64,000 nucleotides of DNA from an uncultured Pseudomonadota bacterium (GCA_963706195.1 OY970156.1:4187651-4251650), one strand, 5' to 3'. Shown: positions 9,565 to 18,822, counted from the first letter of the stretch. Notes: a model not told the origin generated them from the sequence alone. Numbers and translations: made by a program.

Positions 9565-10833
9565 GTGGACGAGCAGAGTTCAGGGCCGGGCGGCAGCGAA
9601 AGCCCCGCTGGGGTTGCCCCCGCTGGGATCGCTCCCACTGGAATCGCACTATCGGCGTTCAACCCCGAATTCCGGGAATGCCCGCACCAGGTCCTGAACC
9701 GGCTGCGCGCCACCGAGCCGGTGCACCAGGACCGCCAGTTCGATCGCGTGGTGCTGACCCGCCACGCCGACATCGAGGCGGTGCTGGGCGATCGCTCGCT
9801 CGGCGCCGATCCGCGCAAATCCCGCCCCGGCTCGTTCGTGCGCATGGCGCAGATCGTGGACGAGACCTACCAGCCGACCATGCTCAACACCGACGACCCC
9901 GAGCACAAGCGCCTGCGCAGCCTGGTCGCGCAGGGCTTCAACCTGCGCGCGGTCGAAGCGATGCGCCCGCGCATCGCCGCGGTCGCGACCAGCCTGCTCG
10001 ACGGCCTCGCCGGGCGCGCGAGCTTCGACCTGGTGGAGGAATTCGCCGGCCCGCTGCCCACCATCGTGATCGCGGAGATGCTCGGCGTCGACACCGCCGA
10101 TCAGAAGGATTTCAAGCGCTGGTCGGACGCGCTGGTGATGTGTCTCAATCCGCGCCGCTCGCCCGAGCAGGACGCGGCGCTGGCCTGGAGCCGGGAGAAT
10201 CTCGGCGCCTATTTCCGCCGGGTGATCGGGGAACGGCGCGCGCAACGCGGCACCGACCTCATCAGCGCGCTGGTCGCGGCGGAGGAGGACGGGGAGAAGC
10301 TGACCGAGCAGGAGGTCATCAACACCGCCAACCTGCTGCTCGCGGCCGGTAACGTCACCACCACCGACCTGATCGGCAATGCCGCACTTTGCCTGCTGCG
10401 CCATCCCGACCAGATGCAGAAGCTGCGCGCGCGGCCCGAACTGATCCGCAACGCGATCGAGGAGGTGCTGCGCTTCGATCCGCCGGTCGCCTCCACCTTG
10501 CGGATCACGCATGTGGAGCGCGAGATCGACGGGGTGACGGTGGCGCCGGGGCAGACGCTCGATTGCGTGATCCTGGGCGCCGGGCACGACCCGGCGGTGC
10601 ATGCGGATGCCGAACGGTTTGACATCGAACGCGCCGATACGACCCATTCGGCGTTCGGCGGCGGGGCGCATTTCTGCCTCGGCGCGCCGCTGGCGCGGGC
10701 GGAAGCGCAGATCGCGATCCCGCTGCTGCTGGCGCGGTTCCCCCGCCTGCGGCTCGATCCGGAGCGGCCGGTGACGCACAAGGTGGCGCCGCCGTTCAAC
10801 GGGCCGGCGGCGCTTTGGGTGCGCACGGACTGA
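9565..10833 (+). CDS. Cytochrome P450
   Basis: GTG start with GGAGG upstream. I-helix LLAAGNVTTT, ExxR (EEVLRF) and the heme loop FGGGAHFCLGAPLA are present. Confidence 0.92.
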   Translation: MDEQSSGPGGSESPAGVAPAGIAPTGIALSAFNPEFRECPHQVLNRLRATEPVHQDRQFDRVVLTRHADIEAVLGDRSLGADPRKSRPGSFVRMAQIVDETYQPTMLNTDDPEHKRLRSLVAQGFNLRAVEAMRPRIAAVATSLLDGLAGRASFDLVEEFAGPLPTIVIAEMLGVDTADQKDFKRWSDALVMCLNPRRSPEQDAALAWSRENLGAYFRRVIGERRAQRGTDLISALVAAEEDGEKLTEQEVINTANLLLAAGNVTTTDLIGNAALCLLRHPDQMQKLRARPELIRNAIEEVLRFDPPVASTLRITHVEREIDGVTVAPGQTLDCVILGAGHDPAVHADAERFDIERADTTHSAFGGGAHFCLGAPLARAEAQIAIPLLLARFPRLRLDPERPVTHKVAPPFNGPAALWVRTD

Positions 10834-10947
10834 ACGGGATCGCCCCGAAGCTGTCATGCAACCATCACTGCCCGCGGCAGGCACGAACCCTGGGGTCGCC
10901 CCTACATGAGGCGCGCGGACGAACGGTTCGCAGCACAGGAGCGCCAC

Positions 10948-11172
10948 ATGGAACACGCGACAACGATCGCCGACCACCACGAGAAGGCGGCCGAGCATCA
11001 CGAGCACGCCGCGACGCACCATCGTCACGCCGCTGAACAGCACCGCGACGGCAATCCTGCCGAAGCCGCCGAACATGCGCACACCGCGCACGGCCACGCC
11101 CTGCACGCCGAGCATCACGCCGCAGAGGCCACCAAGGGCCACGCCGAGCACCACGCTCCGACCGAGGCCTGA
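10948..11172 (+). CDS. Histidine-rich small protein (74 aa)
   Basis: ATG 10948 has AGGAG 8 nt upstream. The sequence is repetitive, with HHE/HA motifs (MEHATTIADHHEKAAEHHEHAATHHRHAAEQH...), and roughly a quarter of residues are His. Confidence 0.55.
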   Translation: MEHATTIADHHEKAAEHHEHAATHHRHAAEQHRDGNPAEAAEHAHTAHGHALHAEHHAAEATKGHAEHHAPTEA

Positions 11173-11222
11173 GCGAACCACGGTTCACGCAGGCATCCGG
11201 TGGGGCGGTGAGTACGGAGGCG

Positions 11223-11255
11223 GGACGTCGGCCGAGACCTTCACGGCCGACGTCC
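11223..11255. terminator. Bidirectional terminator-like hairpin between convergent genes
   Basis: Perfect 12-bp stem GGACGTCGGCCG / CGGCCGACGTCC with a 9-nt loop. It lies between the His-rich ORF and aqpZ. There is no clear U-tract. Confidence 0.45.
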
Positions 11256-11348
11256 GCTATGTATGGTGAGGGGGGAGCGGCGTGACGCGCCGCTCCGGGG
11301 GGCCGGCGGCGAAGAAGGGTGCCCCCTCCGCCATGCCGTAGGGAACCC

Positions 11349-12092
11349 TCAGGCCTTGCTGCCCGCCACCGGCAGGCTGATCGCCGCGGTCGCCTGCAAC
11401 TCCGGCTCCGGTTGCACCTGCAACAGGCGCGCGGCCCAGCCCGCCAGCAGCGCGCCGGCGAGGGGTGCCAGCCAGAACAGCCAGAGCTGGGCGATCCAGG
11501 GCCCGCCTGCGAACAGCGCGGGACCCAGGCTGCGCGCCGGATTGACCGAGGTGTTGGTCACCGGGATCGAGACCAGGTGGATCAGGGTGAGCGACAGCCC
11601 GATCGCGATCCCGGCGAAGCCGGCCGGGGCGCGCGGCGATGTCGCGCCGAGGATGACGGTCACGAAGAAGAACGTCATCACGACCTCGCACACGAGGCAG
11701 GCGAGCAGCCCGTAATGGCCCGGGCTCAGCACGCCGTACCCGTTCGCGGCGAAGCTGCCGGCGACGAAACCGGGTTTGCCGGCGGCGATCACATAAAGGA
11801 CCGAGGCGGCGACGATCGCGCCCAGCACCTGCGCGACCCAGTAGGGGACGATGTCGGAGGCAGGAATGCGCCCGCCAGCCCACACCCCGACCGTGACGGC
11901 GGGATTGAAGTGGCCGCCCGAGATGTGGCCGACCGCATAGACCATCGTCAGCACGGTGAGCCCGAAGGCCAGCGCCACCCCCGCAAAGCCGATGCCGAGG
12001 GCCGGGAACGCCGCAGCCAGCACGGCGCTGCCGCATCCACCGAAGACGAGCCAGAACGTGCCGATAAACTCGGCGGCGAATTTTCGGGGCAT
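11349..12092 (-). CDS. aqpZ: Aquaporin Z
   Basis: 247 aa from ATG 12092, with GGAGG upstream. Two NPA boxes are present ([18 protein letters not shown]). Confidence 0.92.
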   Translation of the reverse strand: MPRKFAAEFIGTFWLVFGGCGSAVLAAAFPALGIGFAGVALAFGLTVLTMVYAVGHISGGHFNPAVTVGVWAGGRIPASDIVPYWVAQVLGAIVAASVLYVIAAGKPGFVAGSFAANGYGVLSPGHYGLLACLVCEVVMTFFFVTVILGATSPRAPAGFAGIAIGLSLTLIHLVSIPVTNTSVNPARSLGPALFAGGPWIAQLWLFWLAPLAGALLAGWAARLLQVQPEPELQATAAISLPVAGSKA

Positions 12093-12325
12093 GATGCAAT
12101 CCTCCCGGATGCACCGGGTCGTGCATCCTTTTCTGGCCGGGTCCAGGATGCGCGCGGGCCTGTCGCGTCGCGGCCTGATCGGGCTGATCGCCAAGCTTCA
12201 CGCAGTAATCTATACCAAGCCGGCCCAATTTGAAACCAATTTATCGTATGCGGAGGGCGGGCAGCCGCCACCGGAACGCGAGACATGGGCCGGGACGAAG
12301 CGCGCACGACCCGGCCCGCGTGCGG

Positions 12326-13258
12326 CTACGCCTGCCCCGTGTCCGGGCGCAGGATCCCCGGTGCCGGCGCCATGAAACCGTCGGCGTCGGACAGAACCCG
12401 TTGCAGGACCGGGGAGCCGTTGGACCCGTGGTAGCCGAGTGCGAGCGTGATCGTGGGTGCCCGCCCGTGCAGCCGCCGACCCACCACCGACGGCGGCAAC
12501 AGCCTTTGCGCATAGGCCGGCAGCAAGCTGAATCCGCCGGTCGAGAGGACCAGGGAGATCACCATCGGCAGGGTCTCCGCTTCATGCGCGGAGGCGACGG
12601 GGAGCCCCGATCGGGCCAGGTAGTCGTCGATGACCCGCCGCAGCGCAGGGGCATAGGCCGCGGGGAAATTGATGAAGGGTGCATCGGCGATCTCCTCCAG
12701 CCGGAGCGACCGGCGCGATGCCAGGCGATGGTCCGCCGGCAGCAGCACGAACAGGGCTTCCTCGGCGACCGGCCGGAACGCGAGGCCCGGCGCGGTCGGG
12801 TCCGGACGGAGGAACGCCATGTCGATCCGTCCCTCCAGCAGCGCGTGCGTCAGCTCCGGCGAGGACGCGCTATGGATGGTGAGATCGGTGGTCTGCAGCG
12901 CCTCGCGCAGGATCGCCAGGACCTTCGGCAGCCACTCCAGCTCGTAGCCGGTGAGGAAGCCGACGGTGAAGGAGGTCTTGGCCGGCCGGCCCGCCCGCCG
13001 CGCCGCCTCCCGCGCCGTTTCGACCTGCAGCAGGATCATCCGCGCATGGTCGAGGAAGACGCGTCCCGCCGGCGTCAGTTCGATCGCGCGCGGACCGCGG
13101 AGGATCAGCGGCGTGCCCAGCTCCGTTTCCAGGTCGCGGATCTGCCGGCTCAGGGAGGGCTGGGCGGTGTGCAGCCGCTTCCCGGCGGCGTGGGTGAAGC
13201 TGCCTTCCTCCGCGACCGCGACGAAGTAGCGCAGGTGCCGGAGTTCCATGCATGCCAT
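12326..13258 (-). CDS. LysR-family transcriptional regulator
   Basis: N-terminal wHTH MELRHLRYFVAVAEEGSFTHAA...PSLSRQIRDLE. It is divergent from the SDR gene. The start may be 13249. Confidence 0.9.
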   Translation of the reverse strand: MACMELRHLRYFVAVAEEGSFTHAAGKRLHTAQPSLSRQIRDLETELGTPLILRGPRAIELTPAGRVFLDHARMILLQVETAREAARRAGRPAKTSFTVGFLTGYELEWLPKVLAILREALQTTDLTIHSASSPELTHALLEGRIDMAFLRPDPTAPGLAFRPVAEEALFVLLPADHRLASRRSLRLEEIADAPFINFPAAYAPALRRVIDDYLARSGLPVASAHEAETLPMVISLVLSTGGFSLLPAYAQRLLPPSVVGRRLHGRAPTITLALGYHGSNGSPVLQRVLSDADGFMAPAPGILRPDTGQA

Positions 13259-13408
13259 GCCTTTGCGGTCTGGTGCTCAGCCTACAAAGTCTTTTTCCGC
13301 CGCGCCAGGAACCCCTAGATGCCGCCCTGCACCGGCGCAGCGCGCGCCGGGCCGGCAGGTCCCACCACCCTGGTGCGATACCCCGGCGCTATCGAAGGAG
13401 CGATCGCC

Positions 13409-14155
13409 ATGACATCCCAGGTTGTGCTCGTCACGGGGGCCCTGACCGGCATCGGCCGCGCCACCGCGTTCGCCTTCGCCCGCAAGGGCGCGCAGATCGT
13501 CGTCTCCGGCCGCCGCGACGAGGCCGGCGCGGCGCTGGCGCGCGAACTGAACGCGATCAGCGGGGCGGCGCACTATATCCGCGCCGACGTCCGCCATGAG
13601 GACGACGTGCGCGCCCTGGTCGAGGCGACCGTGGCGCGCTTCGGCCGGCTGGATGTGGCCGTCAACAACGCCGGCACCGAGGGCACGCCCGGCCCGGTGA
13701 CGGAACAAACCGCGGAGAGCTACGCGGCGACGTTCGACACCAACGTGCTCGGCACCGTGCTCAGCCTGAAGCACGAGATGCGCGTGATGGCGGCGCAGGG
13801 GCACGGCAGCATCATCAACCTGTCGTCCACGATGGGTCACAGTGCTGCGTCCGGCGCCTCGATCTACACCGCCAGCAAGCATGCGGTCGAAGGCCTGACC
13901 AAGGCGGCGGCGCTGGAAGGCGCGGCCTTCGGCGTGCGGGTCAACGCCGTCGCTCCCGGGCCGGTCGATACGGAGATGCTGACCCGCTTCACCGGCAGCC
14001 CCGACCGCAAGGCCGGGCTGATCGCCGGCGTGCCGGTCCGGCGGTCCGGGACGCCGGAGGAGATCGCGGGGGCGATCGTGTTCCTCGCCTCCGACCAGGC
14101 GTCGTTCGTCACCGGGCAGATCCTGTCGGTGGACGGCGGCAAGTCGGCGCAGTGA
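13409..14155 (+). CDS. Short-chain dehydrogenase/reductase (SDR)
   Basis: ATG 13409 with GAAGGAG upstream. TGALTGIGRA, NNAG and YTASKHAV (YxxxK) are present. Confidence 0.9.
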   Translation: MTSQVVLVTGALTGIGRATAFAFARKGAQIVVSGRRDEAGAALARELNAISGAAHYIRADVRHEDDVRALVEATVARFGRLDVAVNNAGTEGTPGPVTEQTAESYAATFDTNVLGTVLSLKHEMRVMAAQGHGSIINLSSTMGHSAASGASIYTASKHAVEGLTKAAALEGAAFGVRVNAVAPGPVDTEMLTRFTGSPDRKAGLIAGVPVRRSGTPEEIAGAIVFLASDQASFVTGQILSVDGGKSAQ

Positions 14156-14340
14156 AGGCGGGGCGCGCGCTCATAACACGGTCCCAAGCGGGCTATCCCG
14201 GCGCGCCTGACCTGAACCGCTGGGCGGCGCTCGCCGTGCTGCCGACGGGTGTGTTCCTGGCCCCGCATGATTTCTTCATCGGCAACGTGGCCCTGCCGTC
14301 GATCACGGGGGGCTGCGGGCGCGGCCCAGCGTCCGTCTGC
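14152..14340 (+). pseudogene. N-terminal fragment of a DHA2/EmrB-type MFS transporter
   Basis: ...NRWAALAVLPTGVFLAPHDFFIGNVALPSI... matches the conserved TM1 start of EmrB-like exporters. Only about 60 codons remain before the homology stops. Confidence 0.5.
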
Positions 14341-14634
14341 CTTTCGGACCGATGACCCGCAAGCAGCCAGTCCGCATCCGGCCACTCTCAGTCTGCCCAG
14401 CGCCCATCTCCGTCTTTCACGCGAACCGGAGCTTCGCCCAGAAGCGGATGTCGGTTTGGTCGCTTACCCGGCGCAGCGGGACCAGCAGCAATGAATACCA
14501 GCATGCACTGACGCCTCGGCCGTGATTGCGAGGCAAATCGAGTCCTGCCGGAGTTGGTCTGCTAGACGAAAGGGTCGGGGGGTGGAATAGTTCGCCGTCA
14601 ACAGGGGGCGGCGACGGTGGCAACAGGAAAAGAG

Positions 14635-16641
14635 ATGTCGCCGTCCGGCCAGGGGACGTTCTTCGACAGCCGTTTCCTCGGGCTTTACGCCGGTCCGATC
14701 ATGTCCGACCCGACCACCGCCCTGGTCGAACTGGTCGCTAACTCGTGGGATGCCTACGCGACCAAGGTCGAGATCACGTGGCCCGAGCGAGAGACCGGCG
14801 ATGTGTTCCAGATCCTGGACAACGGGATCGGCATGACCCCCAAGGAGTTCGAACAACGCTGGCGTACGATTTACTACGACCGCGCCAGCTGGCAGGGGCT
14901 GACCGTCAAGGCGCCACCCGAGATCCCGAATGGACCCATCCGGCATGTCTACGGCCGGAACGGCAAGGGGCGGACCGCAGGATTCCAGTTCTCGTCGTCT
15001 TACCGTGTTCGGACCTGGCGCGACGGTCGCGAGGCCACTTTTCTGGTCAAACAGGGTCTGACTGACCCGATAAATCCAAAGCTAGAGAAGGAGCGCGACG
15101 AGGTCCAGGGACACGGTACCCACATATCTGGGATCGAAACCCGCCGCATCCTCATGTCCGCGGAGCAAGCGCGGTCGGCCTTGAGCACCCGATTCCTAAC
15201 TGATCCCGCTTTTTCCGTGTCTGTGAACGGCGTTAAAGTAACATTCAATGACGTCCCGGTCGAATGCTTAGCGGAGATGGACGTCGCCGTACCCGACTTC
15301 GGGACGGCGCACCTCCAGGTCATCGACAGCCAGACCTCCGATCGGACCGTGAAGCAGCACGGACTCGCTTGGTGGGTGAACCGGCGACTGGTCGGACAGG
15401 TTGGTTGGCGTGGATCCGACCACGAGAAGATCGTCGACGGTCGCACGGAGGAGGCAAAGCGGTTCACGTTCATCGTGCAAGCCGACTTCCTGGAAGACTC
15501 CGTTGAAGCGGATTGGTCGGATTTCAGGGAAGACGATGCCGCCTGGAGGGCTACGCAGCCGCTCGTGCAAGCAGCCGTGCGGGAAAAATTCGGCCTGTTT
15601 ACCGCCAAGCGCCGGGCGGAGACGAGCGCATACGTCCGGAATACCTATCGCCGTCAGGTCGAAGCGATGCCGCTCATCAGCCGGTCGAGATGGGAGAAGT
15701 TTCTTGAACAGGTGGTCGTGCAGTGTCCCGGCATGGGCGAGCGGCAGATCATGCAATTGATGGGTATCCTGGCGACGTTAGAAACCTCAGAGTCGCAGTA
15801 CGCCATCCTCGAAAAACTTCATGGTTTCAAATCGGGTGAATTTGACGGGTGGAACTCGGTCCTGGAGTCGTGGACGATCCACGCCGCCAAGGTTGCGCTG
15901 GACGTCATTCGAGACCGTCTACGACTAATCGAGGAAATACGTGCGAGGGCGGCAGACCCGAACAGCGACGAGGTACAGCAGCTTCAACCCCTGTTCAAAA
16001 GCGGCCTCTGGATTTTCGGCCCTCAGTTCGAGGCGATAGAATTCACCTCCAACCAAACAATGAACTCGGTCGTGAAGAAGATTTACGACAAAAGGATGAA
16101 GGCCTCGAACAATCGGCCCGACTTCGCCGTCACTCCGGACAGTACCGTCGGGTGCTATTCAATGCCCGCCTGGGATAAAGATTTCGTCGAACGCGGAACT
16201 GCAACTCTCGTCATCGTCGAACTCAAGCGACCCGGCGTGCAGATCGGATCCGAAGAAAAGGAGCAGATATGGAAGTACGTGCGCGAGTTAAAAGAGCTGG
16301 GTCTCGTAACCGACACAACCAATGTCATTGGCTTCGTGCTGGGTGACCGGATACACCCTCAGGAGCAGGAAGACCGGACCTACGGTAAAAATGTCAGGGT
16401 CCAACCGATGCTCTACAGCGAATTCGTCAATCGGGCACAGGCCCGGATGCTTACGCTGCACGCCAAGCTGATCGACTCCCCCATGATGAAGGCAGCAATC
16501 GAAGAGTTCGCTAAGGTACCGGTCGTGCCAGTGCAGGACTCGCTTAGGCTCGTCGTAGAACCAAAGAAAAGAAGGAAATCGGAGGTGCCTCCGCTTTCGC
16601 TGCCATCTGCCGAAGGTCAGGAAGCTCCCGCCAGTCTCTAG
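14635..16641 (+). CDS. GHKL (HATPase_c_3/MORC-like) ATPase fused to a PD-(D/E)xK (Shedu/DUF4263-like) nuclease
   Basis: 668 aa from ATG 14635, with AGGAAAAGAG upstream. Bergerat motifs: VELVANSWDA (14725-14754), LDNGIGM (14815-14835), GRNGKG (14953-14970). C-terminal nuclease motifs: RPDF (D at 16120), VIVELKRPG (ExK at 16219-16227), QIWKY (16264-16278). The CDS call is firm. The functional call rests on motifs only. Confidence 0.8.
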   Translation: MSPSGQGTFFDSRFLGLYAGPIMSDPTTALVELVANSWDAYATKVEITWPERETGDVFQILDNGIGMTPKEFEQRWRTIYYDRASWQGLTVKAPPEIPNGPIRHVYGRNGKGRTAGFQFSSSYRVRTWRDGREATFLVKQGLTDPINPKLEKERDEVQGHGTHISGIETRRILMSAEQARSALSTRFLTDPAFSVSVNGVKVTFNDVPVECLAEMDVAVPDFGTAHLQVIDSQTSDRTVKQHGLAWWVNRRLVGQVGWRGSDHEKIVDGRTEEAKRFTFIVQADFLEDSVEADWSDFREDDAAWRATQPLVQAAVREKFGLFTAKRRAETSAYVRNTYRRQVEAMPLISRSRWEKFLEQVVVQCPGMGERQIMQLMGILATLETSESQYAILEKLHGFKSGEFDGWNSVLESWTIHAAKVALDVIRDRLRLIEEIRARAADPNSDEVQQLQPLFKSGLWIFGPQFEAIEFTSNQTMNSVVKKIYDKRMKASNNRPDFAVTPDSTVGCYSMPAWDKDFVERGTATLVIVELKRPGVQIGSEEKEQIWKYVRELKELGLVTDTTNVIGFVLGDRIHPQEQEDRTYGKNVRVQPMLYSEFVNRAQARMLTLHAKLIDSPMMKAAIEEFAKVPVVPVQDSLRLVVEPKKRRKSEVPPLSLPSAEGQEAPASL

Positions 16642-16719
16642 GGTGTGTCGTCATTTAGGGGATTCCCACGAAGGGAATTGCGTGATTCCTAACGGGTCAA
16701 CCGATTCGGAGGTTGACCT

Positions 16720-17091
16720 GTGCCCCGTTATGCCCTGCGCGATGATCAATGGGACCGCATTCGCGATCTGCTGCCAGGCCGGGAGGGCCACGTGGGCGTG
16801 ACGGCGGCGGATAATCGCCTGTTTGTGGAGGCGGTGCTCTATCGCTATCGGGCTGGCATTCCCTGGCGTGACCTGCCGGAACGCTTTGGTGATGGGGTGC
16901 AGGTGCACCGGCGCTTCAGCCGTTGGGCCAAATCAGGGGTCTGGGAACGCGTGTTCAAGGTGCTCGCCGCGGATGCCGACAATGAATACGCGATGATCGA
17001 CAGCACCATCGTACGCGCCCATCAGCACAGTGCCGGCGCCCAAAAAAAGCCGGCGAGGATCAGGCGATCGGACGATCCCGCGGCGGATTGA
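16720..17091 (+). CDS. IS transposase OrfA
   Basis: GTG start with GGAGG upstream. The N-terminal DUF4096-like block MPRYALRDDQWDRIRDLLPG is present. It ends just after the A-run. Confidence 0.85.
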   Translation: MPRYALRDDQWDRIRDLLPGREGHVGVTAADNRLFVEAVLYRYRAGIPWRDLPERFGDGVQVHRRFSRWAKSGVWERVFKVLAADADNEYAMIDSTIVRAHQHSAGAQKKPARIRRSDDPAAD

Positions 17092-17477
17092 GCACCAAGA
17101 TCCACGCCTTGGTCGATGCGCTCGGCAACCCGATCGGCTTCCACCTGACCGGCGGGCAGGCCCACGATCTGGTCGGGGCGGATCATCTGCTGCCCGGGAT
17201 GCAGGCCGACACCCTGATCGCCGACAAGGGCTTCGACGCCGATCAGCGCGTCATCAAACCGCTGCAAGCCGCCGGCAAAACAGCGGTCATCCCGCCCAGA
17301 GAGCATCGCCGCCTGCCGCGCGACTTCGACAGAGACCTCTATAAAGCGCGCCACCTGATCGAGAACTTCTTCGCCAAACTCAAGCAGTTCCGCGCAATCG
17401 CCACTCGCTACGACAAAACTGCCCGAAATTTCCTCGCCGCCATCCACTTGGCCGCCACAGCCATTTGGCTCAATTGA
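17088..17477 (+). CDS. IS transposase OrfB (DDE part, expressed as OrfAB by -1 frameshift)
   Basis: Slipping -1 at AAAAAAAG gives ...GAQKKAGEDQAIGRSRGGLSTKIHALVD..., the typical IS5-family junction. The DDE C-terminus YKARHLIENFFAKLKQFRAIATRYDK is present. Confidence 0.85.
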   Translation: MSTKIHALVDALGNPIGFHLTGGQAHDLVGADHLLPGMQADTLIADKGFDADQRVIKPLQAAGKTAVIPPREHRRLPRDFDRDLYKARHLIENFFAKLKQFRAIATRYDKTARNFLAAIHLAATAIWLN

Positions 17478-17695
17478 CGACACGCCCTAATATCGACACT
17501 CCGGCCCCCGAGCGCGACCCGCCGACCCGGCTTGCACCTACCCTCCTGCGACACAGAGAAATTCGTTAGAAGGTCTGGTTCTCGTCGTTGTTCACCCCAA
17601 AGCGGGCGTTCCGCTCTCGGCCATCATAAGACCGACTGTCGGGGGCCGCAGCGAACAGCGATATTCGCAGATGCCGCCGTGCCGCCCCGATGGAC

Positions 17696-18541
17696 TTACA
17701 AGGGAGTCCGCGGCGACCAGCGATAGGCCTTGGCGCAGGCGCCGCCCATGAGCATTGCCCGCTCCGTGTCGCTCAGGCGGTCGGTGCCAAGAAAGGGCCC
17801 GACGGCCTGCTCGTAGTTGACGACAGCGAACGCGCGCGTCCAGTCCGTGCCCCACAAGCAGCGATCGAAACCCCAGGCATCGAACACGCGGGCAAGCGGA
17901 TCCCAGATGTCCGCGAAGGGATACGGCTCCCGCGACAGCGTGCAGGCGCCGCTGACCTTGATCACCGCGTTCGGGCGCCTGGCGAGTTCCAGCACCTTCG
18001 GCAGGTCGGCCCAGGGCTGCGGCGGCGCCGGCGGCACGCGCGGCTGCAGGATGCCCAGATGGTCGATGATGAAACGCGCGTCGGGATGGCGATCGATCAG
18101 CGCAGTGCCCGCGTCCAAGTTGTCCCAGCATAGGATGTTGACGGGAAAATCGTGACGAACGGCCGCACGCAGGATCCGGCCGAGGCCCGGATCGTTCGGG
18201 TCGCGCGGTGCCTCCTTGCGAAGCATGATGCGGACTCCGACCGCGCCCGGCGTCCGCTTCCAGTCGGCGATGACATCGGCCACCGCCGGATCGTCCGGGT
18301 CGACCGGCTTGACGATGGCGAACCGGTCGGGATGCGCCTGCTGCACTTCCACCGCATAGCTGGCGTCGTAGCGGTACATGGAAAAGGAGGAGATGAAGAT
18401 CGCGCCGTCCACGCCGACTTTGTCCATGGCCGTCACCATCTCGTCACCCGTGACGTGATCGGGCCAGTTCGGCACGCTGTCCCAGGGCCGCTTGGGCGTG
18501 TTCGCCTCATAGGCATGGACCTGCGAATCGATGATGGTCAT
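17696..18541 (-). CDS. Amidohydrolase-2 family metal-dependent hydrolase
   Basis: 281 aa from ATG 18541 (MTIIDSQVHAY...). The TIM-barrel hydrolase pattern is conserved (DSQVH, IIDHLG, GTDW). Confidence 0.7.
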   Translation of the reverse strand: MTIIDSQVHAYEANTPKRPWDSVPNWPDHVTGDEMVTAMDKVGVDGAIFISSFSMYRYDASYAVEVQQAHPDRFAIVKPVDPDDPAVADVIADWKRTPGAVGVRIMLRKEAPRDPNDPGLGRILRAAVRHDFPVNILCWDNLDAGTALIDRHPDARFIIDHLGILQPRVPPAPPQPWADLPKVLELARRPNAVIKVSGACTLSREPYPFADIWDPLARVFDAWGFDRCLWGTDWTRAFAVVNYEQAVGPFLGTDRLSDTERAMLMGGACAKAYRWSPRTPL

Positions 18542-18822
18542 CGCGGACGCTCCCTTGTGCGACGAGAGTTTGGCGATCACGGCAGGTTCGTGTCCAGAGG
18601 GCCGCAGGCTTCGTGCGTTGCTTCGGTGTCTTGCGGGCCTATTCCCCGAGGTTATCGTCCGCTTTGCCGTGCTACGTGTCCGCAAGCGGACAGCCCGCTC
18701 CCGGCCAAATAGCGCCGTCCAACACGGCTGAGCCTGCCGGCGTGCTAAACGGCGAAAATAAGTCATGAGCGGGCCATGTGGACGGCAACAGCGGATGTCC
18801 ATCCCGCCAATCTCTGCGGGCA

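Larger units (their letters stand above)
16641..17487 (+). mobile_element. IS5-family (IS427-group-like) insertion sequence, copy 1, 847 bp
   Basis: Terminal inverted repeats GGGTGTGTCGTCA / TGACGACACGCCC with flanking TA duplication. Two overlapping ORFs carry an A7G slippery run at 17042-17049. It is near-identical to 54798-55644. Confidence 0.9.

Noticed and set aside
5710-11181. Long antisense ORFs (5710-7416, 7825-9537 and 9649-11181, all on the minus strand)
   Set aside because: They are Arg/Ala/Gly/Pro-rich, have no motifs, and lie exactly opposite well-supported genes (kaiC-like, aminotransferase, P450). They are typical high-GC shadow frames.
14520-14565. tRNA 3'-half-like segment (GGCAAATCGAGTCCTGCC) as a possible integration att site
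   Set aside because: The putative T-arm has a 4-bp stem and a 10-nt loop and lacks the TTC consensus. There is no acceptor stem or CCA context and no integrase nearby.
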